A DNA stretch of 62,185 bases from Bacteroidia bacterium (GTDB lineage: Bacteria; Bacteroidota; Bacteroidia; Bacteroidales; VadinHA17): positions 1 to 62,185 of the forward strand of contig JAPLDX010000040.1 of assembly GCA_026391215.1 (NCBI GenBank), given 5' to 3'. Of this stretch, positions 52,586 through 61,295 are shown one piece after another. Every line of letters starts with the position of its first letter. Position 1 is the first letter of the stretch. The notes below the pieces were generated by a model. It did not search any database. It saw nothing but the letters and a program-made list of their open reading frames with translations, and was not told where the DNA came from. The position numbers were made by a program, and so were the translations under genes.

Positions 52586-52591
52586 TCTTTT

Positions 52592-54928
52592 TTACTTCGG
52601 ATTCTTTACATATTTTTCAACGCGAGCATCTTTGATCACACCGTTCCAGTTCATACCGAAACCGAAATCATAAACATTTCCCTCAGAATCGGTATGGCAT
52701 GTCATATCAAAAGGCACATCTTCCTTTTGCAGTTCCACGGTCTTCATATCAACTGGCATCTGCATCGGTAATAGCCCTGATGGTTCAGCTGCTCCGCTTA
52801 AAATATCCAGGATAGCCTGATCCTGAACTTCAAAAGTGACCATAATGGCATCCACGTCTTTTTCAAATTCACTGAATACCATTGGTTTTGACATGTTGAT
52901 TATTACAATAACAGGCTTATCCTTCATGGCTTTTTTAGCATTCAGCACCATTTTAAGATCATTGACATTTTGAGCAGTGACAGATTTGTTCCTGTATGTA
53001 CGGTTGGTGAATTTTTCCAGTGGATCGCCTCCCACAATGCTCGGGTCCCGTGCATCCACAGCTTTGTAATTGCCATACTGCAGACTGATGGGAACATAGC
53101 CATTACCTCCTTTAGCTACATCTGCTCTGTCGTATCCGCTGCCGCTATTGGGACTGCTTATGACAACAAGCGCAAAGTCGGCTTCATCAGGATTTTCTGT
53201 AACATTGTAGTATTTCTTCACCAGTTCAATATTTACCGGGTAAGATTCTGATGCAGGTGTCTCCATGCCAAAGAAATTCCTTCCTGCCGGCGTTTTTCTT
53301 TTTGGAATATAAACAGTTTTGTTCTTCTCCGCAGGGAGCATCTTATCCTTGTTCTTAAGCATGACAACTGATTTCAACTGGGCATCATAACCTGCTTTCA
53401 TAAATTCCGAATTGCCTGTGATGGCTTTTGTTTCATCAGGATTGAGATAAGGATTTTCAAAAAGCCCCACCCTGAAAATATTCTTCAGCAGGCGGACTGC
53501 TGATTCCTCCAAACGGGCACGCATGAATTCCTCACCATGCTCCTTTACGCCTATATTATAAGCCTCCACAACGGGACCGGAAGCATTATTGCCACCAAAC
53601 TGATCGACACCAGCCATAATAAGCTTATAGTGTCTTTCAACCTCCGTAAGTTTTTCAACACCCCAGCATGTTGTTCCGAATCCATCAACAGCAGTTTCAT
53701 CCCTTGTTACACCCCAGTCGGTGCAGACAACACCGTCAAAATTGTATTTGCCCCTCAGCATGTCGGTAATGATATATTTATTATAGCTGTTGCCGACATT
53801 TTCATTATTCACATTATCAATTCCATAAGATATTGTATAGTAAGGCATTACAGCAGAAGCCATCTTTGTTTCTCCGTCCAGTTTCAATCCTCCCTCAGTG
53901 AATGGTATAAGTTGATCGGCAAGATTATTGCCCGGGTAAACAGCATACTTGCCAAAAGCAAAATGAGCATCACGTCCGCCTTCCTCGGGTCCGCCGCTCG
54001 GCCAATGCTTGATCATGGCATTTACACTGGTATAGCCCCATCCTCCGGCTATTGCCTTTTCACCGGTTGATGTCTGGAAACCGTCAACATAGGCGCGAGC
54101 CATATCTGCCGAAAGCTGAGGGCTTTCACCGAATGTACCGCTAACCCTGCCCCAGCGGGGCTCCGTAGCCAGGTCAATCTGAGGCGATAAAGCAGTTGTG
54201 ATACCCAGTGCCCGGTATTCCTTTGAGGCGATCTCCCCGAATTGTTTCACAACGGCAGGATCAAAAGTTGCAGCCATGCCAAGTGACCCCGGCCACATTG
54301 AAATTTGTCCGGCTGAACCAACGTTATATTCAGCTGTTGACATAGCCTGATGTCTTGGATCAGTACTGTTGTTGGCAGGAATGCCAAAGCCTATGCTTTC
54401 ACACAGAGCCTGAACATTGTTATTCCACAATGCAGCAACCTCAGGACTTTCAACTGATGTTACAAGTACATGGCGCAGGTTATCATCCGTAAGAAATTTA
54501 ATCTGTTGATCTGAAAGATCCGAAGCTTTTGCACCGCTTTCCCTGAAAGATTTCCCTCCATAAGTTGCTCCCCCGAAAGGACCGCGTCCTGGTCCTGAAG
54601 GAATTGCCTGGTGGGCGCTGTAAAGCATCAGTCCTGCAATCTGTTCAATACTCATTTTAGAAGCAAGGTCTTTTGCCCTTTCATCTGCACTCAGTTGCCA
54701 GTCTTCATATTTATCAAGTTCTCCATTCTTGTTAAGGTCCTTGAATGCAAATCCTTTTTCCGTTAATAATCTGACTCCAGATGTGGTATCATAACCCAGA
54801 GTCTGACCATCCTTGTTGATGACAGTTCTGACGGATCCTGTTCCGGTTTCGCTCCATTTTTTGCAACCGGTCATGATCAGGCAAACCATTACAGCAATTG
54901 CCATGAGATAAAAAGTAAGTTTTTTCAT
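52592..54928 (-). CDS. Glycoside hydrolase family 3 beta-glucosidase-like lipoprotein
   Basis: Lipobox MTGC, FKDLNKNGELDKYEDW, EPRWGR, TFGE, KHWP, VCTDW nucleophile motif, PSGLLP. Confidence 0.9.
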   Translation of the reverse strand: MKKLTFYLMAIAVMVCLIMTGCKKWSETGTGSVRTVINKDGQTLGYDTTSGVRLLTEKGFAFKDLNKNGELDKYEDWQLSADERAKDLASKMSIEQIAGLMLYSAHQAIPSGPGRGPFGGATYGGKSFRESGAKASDLSDQQIKFLTDDNLRHVLVTSVESPEVAALWNNNVQALCESIGFGIPANNSTDPRHQAMSTAEYNVGSAGQISMWPGSLGMAATFDPAVVKQFGEIASKEYRALGITTALSPQIDLATEPRWGRVSGTFGESPQLSADMARAYVDGFQTSTGEKAIAGGWGYTSVNAMIKHWPSGGPEEGGRDAHFAFGKYAVYPGNNLADQLIPFTEGGLKLDGETKMASAVMPYYTISYGIDNVNNENVGNSYNKYIITDMLRGKYNFDGVVCTDWGVTRDETAVDGFGTTCWGVEKLTEVERHYKLIMAGVDQFGGNNASGPVVEAYNIGVKEHGEEFMRARLEESAVRLLKNIFRVGLFENPYLNPDETKAITGNSEFMKAGYDAQLKSVVMLKNKDKMLPAEKNKTVYIPKRKTPAGRNFFGMETPASESYPVNIELVKKYYNVTENPDEADFALVVISSPNSGSGYDRADVAKGGNGYVPISLQYGNYKAVDARDPSIVGGDPLEKFTNRTYRNKSVTAQNVNDLKMVLNAKKAMKDKPVIVIINMSKPMVFSEFEKDVDAIMVTFEVQDQAILDILSGAAEPSGLLPMQMPVDMKTVELQKEDVPFDMTCHTDSEGNVYDFGFGMNWNGVIKDARVEKYVKNPK

Positions 54929-54968
54929 ATAAATCTTATTTATTTGGTTTTAAGGTATTTGAATTATG

Positions 54969-56048
54969 TCAACGACGAACGCGCGCATTCCCTTTCCAGA
55001 TGCTCCAGACCTGTTCTTCGTCAGCAGGCTGCGCATAATCTGTCATCACTGTTGTCGCCAGCGCGCCTGTAGCCCATCCAAACTGGATCCACTTATCGGG
55101 GCTCCATCCTTTCAGAATGGAATACAGCAAACCTCCTACAAATCCGTCACCGCCTCCGATTCGGTCAAGGACACGTATTTCACGAGGCTCAACAACATGC
55201 CAGTTCTCACCTTCAAGCATTATTGCTCCCCAGAGATGTTCATTAGTGCTTATAACCTGACGGAGTGTGGTAGCGAAAACGGAAGCATTCGGGAATGCTA
55301 TTTTCACCCTGTTTATCATCTCCTTGAAACTATCAATTTTTGAACTGAGATCTTTCCCTCCCTCTTCCGGACCCTTAATGTCAAGGCAAAGCTGAAAATC
55401 TTCTTCATTGCCGACAAGAATATCTGCGATACCTGCTATTTCTTTGAAAATAGCAGCCAGCTCTTTCTCCCGGCTTTTCCAGAAAGTTGCACGGTAGTTA
55501 AGATCAAAGGAGATTCGTGTCCCATTTTTCTTTGCTGCACGTGCCAGTTCCAGACAGAAATTACTGGTTTCAGGCGACAGGGCACATATTAATCCTGACA
55601 GGTGAAGTATCTGAACACCCTCTATACCGAATATGCGGTTCAGGTCAAAATCCTTGACATTCAATGTTCTACCGACTTCTCCGGCCCGGTCATTCTGAAC
55701 CCGTGGACCACGTGACCCATAACCACTGTCAGCAATATTGAACTGATGCCTGTAGCCCCATGGACCACCCTGCTCAACCTCAACTCCCTCATATGCCATG
55801 TGCCTGCAGGCAAGATTATCCTTTATAAGCCTTGCTATCGGGCTGTCTTTGACAAAAGTTGTCAGAACCTTTACCGGCTGTCCGAGAAATGATGATATGC
55901 TGGCCACGTTTGTTTCAGCGCTTGTAACATGCATATGGAATGTATCGCTGCAATGAACTGGTTGTCCGTTCAAAGGAGTAATGCGAACTCCCATGCTGGT
56001 GGGTACAACCAGCGACCAGGTGAATTCTTTCTTAAGTTCTATTATCAT
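54969..56048 (-). CDS. PfkB family sugar kinase (KDG kinase-like)
   Basis: SFDLNYR, GNEED, anion-hole motif DRIGGGDGF. Confidence 0.85.
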   Translation of the reverse strand: MIIELKKEFTWSLVVPTSMGVRITPLNGQPVHCSDTFHMHVTSAETNVASISSFLGQPVKVLTTFVKDSPIARLIKDNLACRHMAYEGVEVEQGGPWGYRHQFNIADSGYGSRGPRVQNDRAGEVGRTLNVKDFDLNRIFGIEGVQILHLSGLICALSPETSNFCLELARAAKKNGTRISFDLNYRATFWKSREKELAAIFKEIAGIADILVGNEEDFQLCLDIKGPEEGGKDLSSKIDSFKEMINRVKIAFPNASVFATTLRQVISTNEHLWGAIMLEGENWHVVEPREIRVLDRIGGGDGFVGGLLYSILKGWSPDKWIQFGWATGALATTVMTDYAQPADEEQVWSIWKGNARVRR

Positions 56049-56050
56049 AG

Positions 56051-57394
56051 TTATTTTAATCTTTCTTTTAATTTTTTTCCTGCTTCCTCGTATCCTGGTT
56101 TATTGAGAAGGGCAAACATATTTTTCTTATAAGCTTCAACACCTGGCTGGTCAAACGGATTGACATCCAGTATGTACCCGCTTATTGCACATGCCAGTTC
56201 AAAGAAATATATCAGTTGTCCTGTATAATACTCATCAAGTTCAGGGATGTTAAGGGTAATTACGGGTACATTTCCATCATTATGAGCAAGCACCGTTCCC
56301 ATTTCCGCATTGTGATTCACTTCTGAAAGTCTTTTCCCTGCCAGGTAATTAAGCTGGTCAGAATCATCTTTCTCAGAGGGGATGGTAAGTTTCTTTTTAG
56401 GATTTTTTACAGAGATCATTGTCTCAAACAGGATACGCTGTCCCTCCTGTATATACTGTCCCAGGGAATGGAGATCGGTTGTGAAATCAACTGATGCCGG
56501 GAAGATGCCCTTCCCCTCTTTTCCCTCACTTTCACCGAATAGCTGTTTCCACCATTCTGACAGGAAGTGAAGCCGTGGAGTGAATCCAACAAGAATCTCA
56601 ACAGATCTGCCCCCCCTGAGAATAAGATTACGAGCTGCAGCATACATCAGGGCGGGATTTGAAGCAGCATTTTTATTATGTCTTGTTAGTTCTTCAATAG
56701 CTTTTGCTCCCTTCACCAAAGCCCTGATATCCAGTCCGCTTACAGCAATAGGAAGCAAACCTACCGGAGTCAGTACAGAATAACGTCCTCCGATATTATC
56801 GGGAATTACTAAAGTCTCATATCCGTTTAAATCAGCCAGTGATCTCAGAGCTCCTTTCTTGCTGTCAGTAATGGCTATTATCCTGTCGGCGGCTGATGCT
56901 TTCCCAACTTTATTCTCAAGATGATCCTTAAATATCCTGAAAGCCAGGGCAGGTTCCGTTGTGGTTCCGGATTTTGAAATGACTATTATAGAATAATTTC
57001 TGGCATCAAGGATCTCGAGAAGATCCGACACATAATCTTCACATATATTCTGTCCGGCATATATTATCTCATGATGTTTTGATTTCAGGAGTGATGGGAA
57101 TGAATGAGACAGAGCCTCAATTACTGCCCTGGCTCCGAGATAGGAGCCTCCGATGCCTATAACAACGGTAGTGTCTGAAACTGATCTCAGGTGTTTAGCT
57201 GTTTTTTCTATTCTGTCGAGCTGGGGAAGAATGTCATCAGGAAGCGAAAGCCAGCCAAGGAAATCATTTCCAGCTCCCGTTCCTGCATTCAGAGAGTCAA
57301 GATGCCTTACAGATTGTTGGGCAAGAGCAACCACCTCTTCGTACTGAACAAAACCTTCTATGTTTCTCAGATTGATGATTATATTTTCTTTCAT
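56051..57394 (-). CDS. pgi: Glucose-6-phosphate isomerase
   Basis: GIGGSYLG, SKSGTTTE, GGRYSV, QLFGESEGK, TDLHSLGQ, PFDQPGVEAYK. Confidence 0.96.
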   Translation of the reverse strand: MKENIIINLRNIEGFVQYEEVVALAQQSVRHLDSLNAGTGAGNDFLGWLSLPDDILPQLDRIEKTAKHLRSVSDTTVVIGIGGSYLGARAVIEALSHSFPSLLKSKHHEIIYAGQNICEDYVSDLLEILDARNYSIIVISKSGTTTEPALAFRIFKDHLENKVGKASAADRIIAITDSKKGALRSLADLNGYETLVIPDNIGGRYSVLTPVGLLPIAVSGLDIRALVKGAKAIEELTRHNKNAASNPALMYAAARNLILRGGRSVEILVGFTPRLHFLSEWWKQLFGESEGKEGKGIFPASVDFTTDLHSLGQYIQEGQRILFETMISVKNPKKKLTIPSEKDDSDQLNYLAGKRLSEVNHNAEMGTVLAHNDGNVPVITLNIPELDEYYTGQLIYFFELACAISGYILDVNPFDQPGVEAYKKNMFALLNKPGYEEAGKKLKERLK

Positions 57395-57428
57395 ATCAGT
57401 AATGATTTTTATATACTCAGGTATAATA

Positions 57429-57436
57429 CAAAAATA
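57429..57436 (-). promoter_or_regulatory. Bacteroidota -7 box for pgi-kinase-GH3
   Basis: CAAAAATA on the plus strand = TATTTTTG. Confidence 0.5.
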
Positions 57437-57438
57437 AC

Positions 57439-57467
57439 AAAAAACCGTCAGGGAAATCCTGACGGTT
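57439..57467 (-). terminator. Intrinsic terminator after the DUF2807 gene
   Basis: AACCGTCAGG-gaaat-CCTGACGGTT perfect 10-bp stem with an A-tract on the left. Confidence 0.75.
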
Positions 57468-57500
57468 CATAATAAAGATTGGAGAATATATATATTGAAA

Positions 57501-58220
57501 TTATCTGCTGTGAACGCCTCCCGCACTTGATGAATGCGCATCCAGGTATTTAGGATTGCCTTTGTAGTTGATATCGCCTGCACTTGATGCATTTGCTCTC
57601 AGCCTTTCTGTAACATAGATGTCGGCACCCCCTGCGCTTGAAACGCTGAGATCAGCTTCTCTTACCTTAAAGTCGTATGCATTGAGATCTCCGGCACTGC
57701 TAAGGTCTCCCTCAAGAATGTCGGCTTCACCGGTCAGAGTCATATCACCGGAACTGCTTATATCAACTTCTACATTTTTTACATAGACTTCAAGCTTGAT
57801 GTCTCCCGCACTGCTGGCATTAAGCTTCAGGTTATCAGTCCTTATAGGCGTTTCTCCGATCATATCTCCGGCACTGCTGGTACTGAGATAATCAATCTTA
57901 TTCATTGTAACATACACCCTTTTCCTCTCAGCTTTACGGATGTTTACTTCAGTATAGACATGAAGGTTCCCATCTTTGACTTCGGTGATTATGTATTCAT
58001 GGAGATTCTCGTCAGCTTCAACAGAAAGGCTTGTTTTATCTCCCTGTGAAAGAAAAACATCTATCCCGGTGCTGACCTTTACTCCGGTGAATGATTCTGT
58101 TGTCCTGTCTTTTTTGACGACATTACCATCACCGTAAACCGTTTTGTGCCACTGTCCGTCAGCACACACACTTATTGAGATACAGAGAACTGCAGCTGTA
58201 AAATACTTCAGGTTTTTCAT
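57501..58220 (-). CDS. DUF2807 / head GIN domain exported protein
   Basis: Signal peptide, GDGNVV, VEADENL, repeated SSAG/SSSG units about 19 aa apart, YKGNP. Confidence 0.85.
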   Translation of the reverse strand: MKNLKYFTAAVLCISISVCADGQWHKTVYGDGNVVKKDRTTESFTGVKVSTGIDVFLSQGDKTSLSVEADENLHEYIITEVKDGNLHVYTEVNIRKAERKRVYVTMNKIDYLSTSSAGDMIGETPIRTDNLKLNASSAGDIKLEVYVKNVEVDISSSGDMTLTGEADILEGDLSSAGDLNAYDFKVREADLSVSSAGGADIYVTERLRANASSAGDINYKGNPKYLDAHSSSAGGVHSR

Positions 58221-58314
58221 CTTCTTCTTTTTTTGTTCTTAATTATGTTTCCGGATTAAAGACAGAAAGAAAAGAGTATTGTTGCACAGAAGTTGTAATT
58301 TTTATTGAGTGGCT

Positions 58315-58460
58315 GCATGCACTCATCCCCCCGACCCCCTTCTCCTGAAGCAAAGAAGGGGGAAAAAATACTGTAGTACATTATTGTTACATGTTGATTA
58401 TCAAACATTTCATCCCCCTCCTTGATTTAGCAGGGAGGGGGAGTTAGGGGGTGGGTACAT
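58315..58460. repeat. C/G-tract REP-like doublet, copy C (more diverged)
   Basis: GCATGCACTCATCCCCC..CCCCCTTC..GAAGGGGG, linker, CCCCCTCCTTG..CAGGGAGGGGG..GGGGGTGGGTACAT; same orientation as copy B. Confidence 0.85.
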
Positions 58461-58461
58461 A

Positions 58462-59598
58462 CTAATGCCATTTGAAGATCTTCAATCCTGTAGCGAAGAA
58501 GATAATACCTGTAACAGTAAGTATTACTGAGGGAATTGCAGTTTCGGCAAAGCCAGCGCCTTCATTGAAAATGCTTCTTATTCCGTCAGTCAGCATCGTA
58601 AGAGGAAATTTCTGAATAACAGGAATACTCCATTCAGGGAAATTAGAATAGCTGAAAAAGATACCTGATAGTACCATCATCGGCATGACAATGGCATTTA
58701 TAAGGCCATTCCCGACTTCAGTGTTTGAAGTATGCGAGGAGACAAATACTGCAATTCCTGCAAAGGCTATATTGCCTGCAAGAAAAAGGATTATCATTGC
58801 CGGGATGCTTCCCTGGATCGTCATATTAAAAGCAAGAAGAGCAAATATGACTATAGCTAAAGCCTCTATGAAATTCATTGTAAACCTGACAGTTATCTGG
58901 GCAATGAGGTAATGGGACTTCTTCATGGGAGTTGCGACCAGCCGGCGAAGAAGCTTTTTGGACCGCTTTTCAATTATCCCATAACTGATTCCCCACATAG
59001 TACTCATCATCACTCCCATGGTTATCAGTCCGGGTACAAGAAAATCAATATACCTTGTTCCAGGAACTGTAAGGGGCTTTATCTCAGCAGTATTCCTGAC
59101 CGCACGGATCTCTCCGGAACCTATAATATCGCTGAGATTAATGTACGACAATTCTGCATCTGAATTCACCGGGTCAAAATGATATTCAGTATTGCCGTTA
59201 TTGCTGCAAAGGATCAGGCTGACGGTGCCTCGCTTTAGCAGAACCATTGCCTCATTCCATTCCAGCTCATAAAAGAGGAATGTTGAATTACCAAGCTTAT
59301 CATCCTTTATTTCATACCTCCACTTGAAATCACTCTCATCTGTAGATAGGTTTCTTTCGCACTTATTATTTAGAAAATTAAATATTGCAGAACTCTCAGC
59401 CAGTGGGACTTCAGCAGATTTGATTACAGCTACCTTTCGCTGTACATCAGCTTTTTTTGTAAAGGCCAGTCCAAGGCCAAGCGATATAAGTATCGGGAAA
59501 ACTATTCCCCAGAAAATGACTCCCGGCTCCCTGATCAGTTCACGGAAATGAGCCAGCGTGAGATACCATAGCTGGTTTAACCTCAGGATCTTATTCAT
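58462..59598 (-). CDS. ABC-2 type transporter permease
   Basis: REPGVIFWGIVFP, YIDFLVPG, LRRLVATP, LSGIFF; one N-terminal TM plus a C-terminal TM bundle. Confidence 0.9.
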   Translation of the reverse strand: MNKILRLNQLWYLTLAHFRELIREPGVIFWGIVFPILISLGLGLAFTKKADVQRKVAVIKSAEVPLAESSAIFNFLNNKCERNLSTDESDFKWRYEIKDDKLGNSTFLFYELEWNEAMVLLKRGTVSLILCSNNGNTEYHFDPVNSDAELSYINLSDIIGSGEIRAVRNTAEIKPLTVPGTRYIDFLVPGLITMGVMMSTMWGISYGIIEKRSKKLLRRLVATPMKKSHYLIAQITVRFTMNFIEALAIVIFALLAFNMTIQGSIPAMIILFLAGNIAFAGIAVFVSSHTSNTEVGNGLINAIVMPMMVLSGIFFSYSNFPEWSIPVIQKFPLTMLTDGIRSIFNEGAGFAETAIPSVILTVTGIIFFATGLKIFKWH

Positions 59599-60319
59599 AA
59601 ATCCTCCTTCCTGTCAAAGAGACAAACAGGTCATCAAGTGTTCTGCTTTTAACAAGCAGCTGATCCAAAGTGCCTTCCCTGAGGATCACTCCGTTATCAA
59701 GAATAATGATGTGATCACAGAGTTTTTCAGCTTCATCCATATAATGAGTTGTCAGGATCATGGAAGTCTCCGACATCTTTTTAAGATTCATCAGGATATC
59801 CCAGATCTCCCTCCGGGCGTTGGGATCGAGGCCGGTAGTCGGTTCATCGAGAAGAAGAATTGCAGGGGAGTTAATAAGTGATATTCCAATTGCCAGTCTT
59901 TGTCTTTGTCCCCCGGAAAGGTTGACAACATAAGATCTACTTTTATCTTCAAGTCCTATAAGATCAATTATTTCGTCAACTCTCTTTTTCCCCAGATTAA
60001 AGAAGCTGGCAAAAAGCTGTAGGGTTTCTGTAACCCTGAGCTTATCGATGAACCTGGTTTCCTGCAGGGAAAGTCCTATTATACGATGAAGCTCATCCTC
60101 ATTTCCTTTCCAGTGTTTGCCCATTATGGTAATGTCGCCCCTGTCGGGTTTCTGAATCCCTTCGATCATCTCCACAAGCGTGGTTTTACCTGCTCCGTTT
60201 GGTCCAAGCAGGGCAACGAATTGTCCTTTTGGGATATTAAGGCTGATACCCTTAACTGCCTGGACAGTCTTGAATGATTTCCAGACATCTTTTACTTCTA
60301 TGACGTTTTGGACAGACAT
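59591..60319 (-). CDS. ABC transporter ATP-binding protein
   Basis: [35 protein letters not shown]. Confidence 0.93.
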   Translation of the reverse strand: MSVQNVIEVKDVWKSFKTVQAVKGISLNIPKGQFVALLGPNGAGKTTLVEMIEGIQKPDRGDITIMGKHWKGNEDELHRIIGLSLQETRFIDKLRVTETLQLFASFFNLGKKRVDEIIDLIGLEDKSRSYVVNLSGGQRQRLAIGISLINSPAILLLDEPTTGLDPNARREIWDILMNLKKMSETSMILTTHYMDEAEKLCDHIIILDNGVILREGTLDQLLVKSRTLDDLFVSLTGRRIYE

Positions 60320-60343
60320 AATTCACTAAAACAACCAAATTGT

Positions 60344-60964
60344 TTATTTTGTTCCAAACAACCTGTCTCCTGCATCACCGAGGCCGGGAACAATATATCC
60401 TATTTCATTAAGCCTTTCGTCGAGGCCGGCAAGATAGATCTGAACATCAGGATGATCTTCTTCAATTCTTCTGACGCCTTCCGGAGCTCCGATAATGCAG
60501 ACAAGCTTTATTTTTTTGGCGCCACTATCCTTTAATGCCTGTATTGCTGCCGTCGCGCTTCCTCCTGTTGCGAGCATTGGATCAAGCACCATAACGACCG
60601 AATCTGCAAGATTATCAGGTAATTTTGAATAATAGGTTATCGGTTTCAGTGTTTCATGATCCCTGTACATGCCAATATGACCTACTTTTGCATCAGGTAT
60701 CAGGTTTGTTATTCCCTCCACCATTCCGAGTCCGGCTCTCAGGACAGGAATAAGCACGACAGTTCCGGTAAGCTCCCTGGTTCTGCATTTACCCATAGGA
60801 GTCACAACATCTGTCTCTTTCATCGGAAGATCACGAGTAATTTCATAAGCCATCAGGGCGGCAATCTCGCTAAGATTATACCGGAAATCCTTTGTTTCAG
60901 TCTCCTTTCGGCGTAATTGTGTAAGCTTATGAGTTATCAGCGGATGCTCAAGTACTTTCAGCAT
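60344..60964 (-). CDS. upp: Uracil phosphoribosyltransferase
   Basis: [51 protein letters not shown]. Confidence 0.96.
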   Translation of the reverse strand: MLKVLEHPLITHKLTQLRRKETETKDFRYNLSEIAALMAYEITRDLPMKETDVVTPMGKCRTRELTGTVVLIPVLRAGLGMVEGITNLIPDAKVGHIGMYRDHETLKPITYYSKLPDNLADSVVMVLDPMLATGGSATAAIQALKDSGAKKIKLVCIIGAPEGVRRIEEDHPDVQIYLAGLDERLNEIGYIVPGLGDAGDRLFGTK

Positions 60965-60985
60965 TTCTTATCATTTTGAATCTGA

Positions 60986-60993
60986 CAAAGATA
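60986..60993 (-). promoter_or_regulatory. Bacteroidota -7 box for the upp-ABC operon
   Basis: CAAAGATA on the plus strand = TATCTTTG. Confidence 0.55.
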
Positions 60994-61070
60994 ATGTGAA
61001 ATTCGTTTTACAATAAGATTTATAAAGTTGATTTGTACATTTTGCGAACCGGCTTTTATTTACTGAAGCA

Positions 61071-61237
61071 TTGGACTAAAGTCCTTAAAAAAATGAATTT
61101 GCCTCTTGTCCGTCAGCTCAAGCTGACGGCAATTGAGCAACTTTGCACTAGATCTAATTTCGATTGAAGAATTTCTCTTGCCGTTGGCTTCAGCCAACGG
61201 ATAAAGGACACACCCTGCATATAGGGCTTTAGCCCAA
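61071..61237. repeat. Four-hairpin inverted composite element (GGCT/AGCC-type REP cluster)
   Basis: TTGGACTAAAGTCCT (61071-61085), TCCGTCAGCTCAAGCTGACGGCAA (61109-61132), TTGCCGTTGGCTTCAGCCAACGGA (61178-61201), AGGGCTTTAGCCCAA (61223-61237). Confidence 0.85.
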
Positions 61238-61295
61238 TTATTTTATTTGACTCATATCCCAAACTTTCCTAACTTTATCACAATGAACCATTATT

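Noticed and set aside
57501-57900. Recurring GCACTGCT/GCACTTGA motifs as a DNA repeat element
   Set aside because: They are explained by the SSAG peptide repeats of the DUF2807 protein.
8782-58460. Repeats as CRISPR arrays
   Set aside because: The copies are dispersed inverted doublets, not direct repeats with unique spacers, and there are no cas genes.
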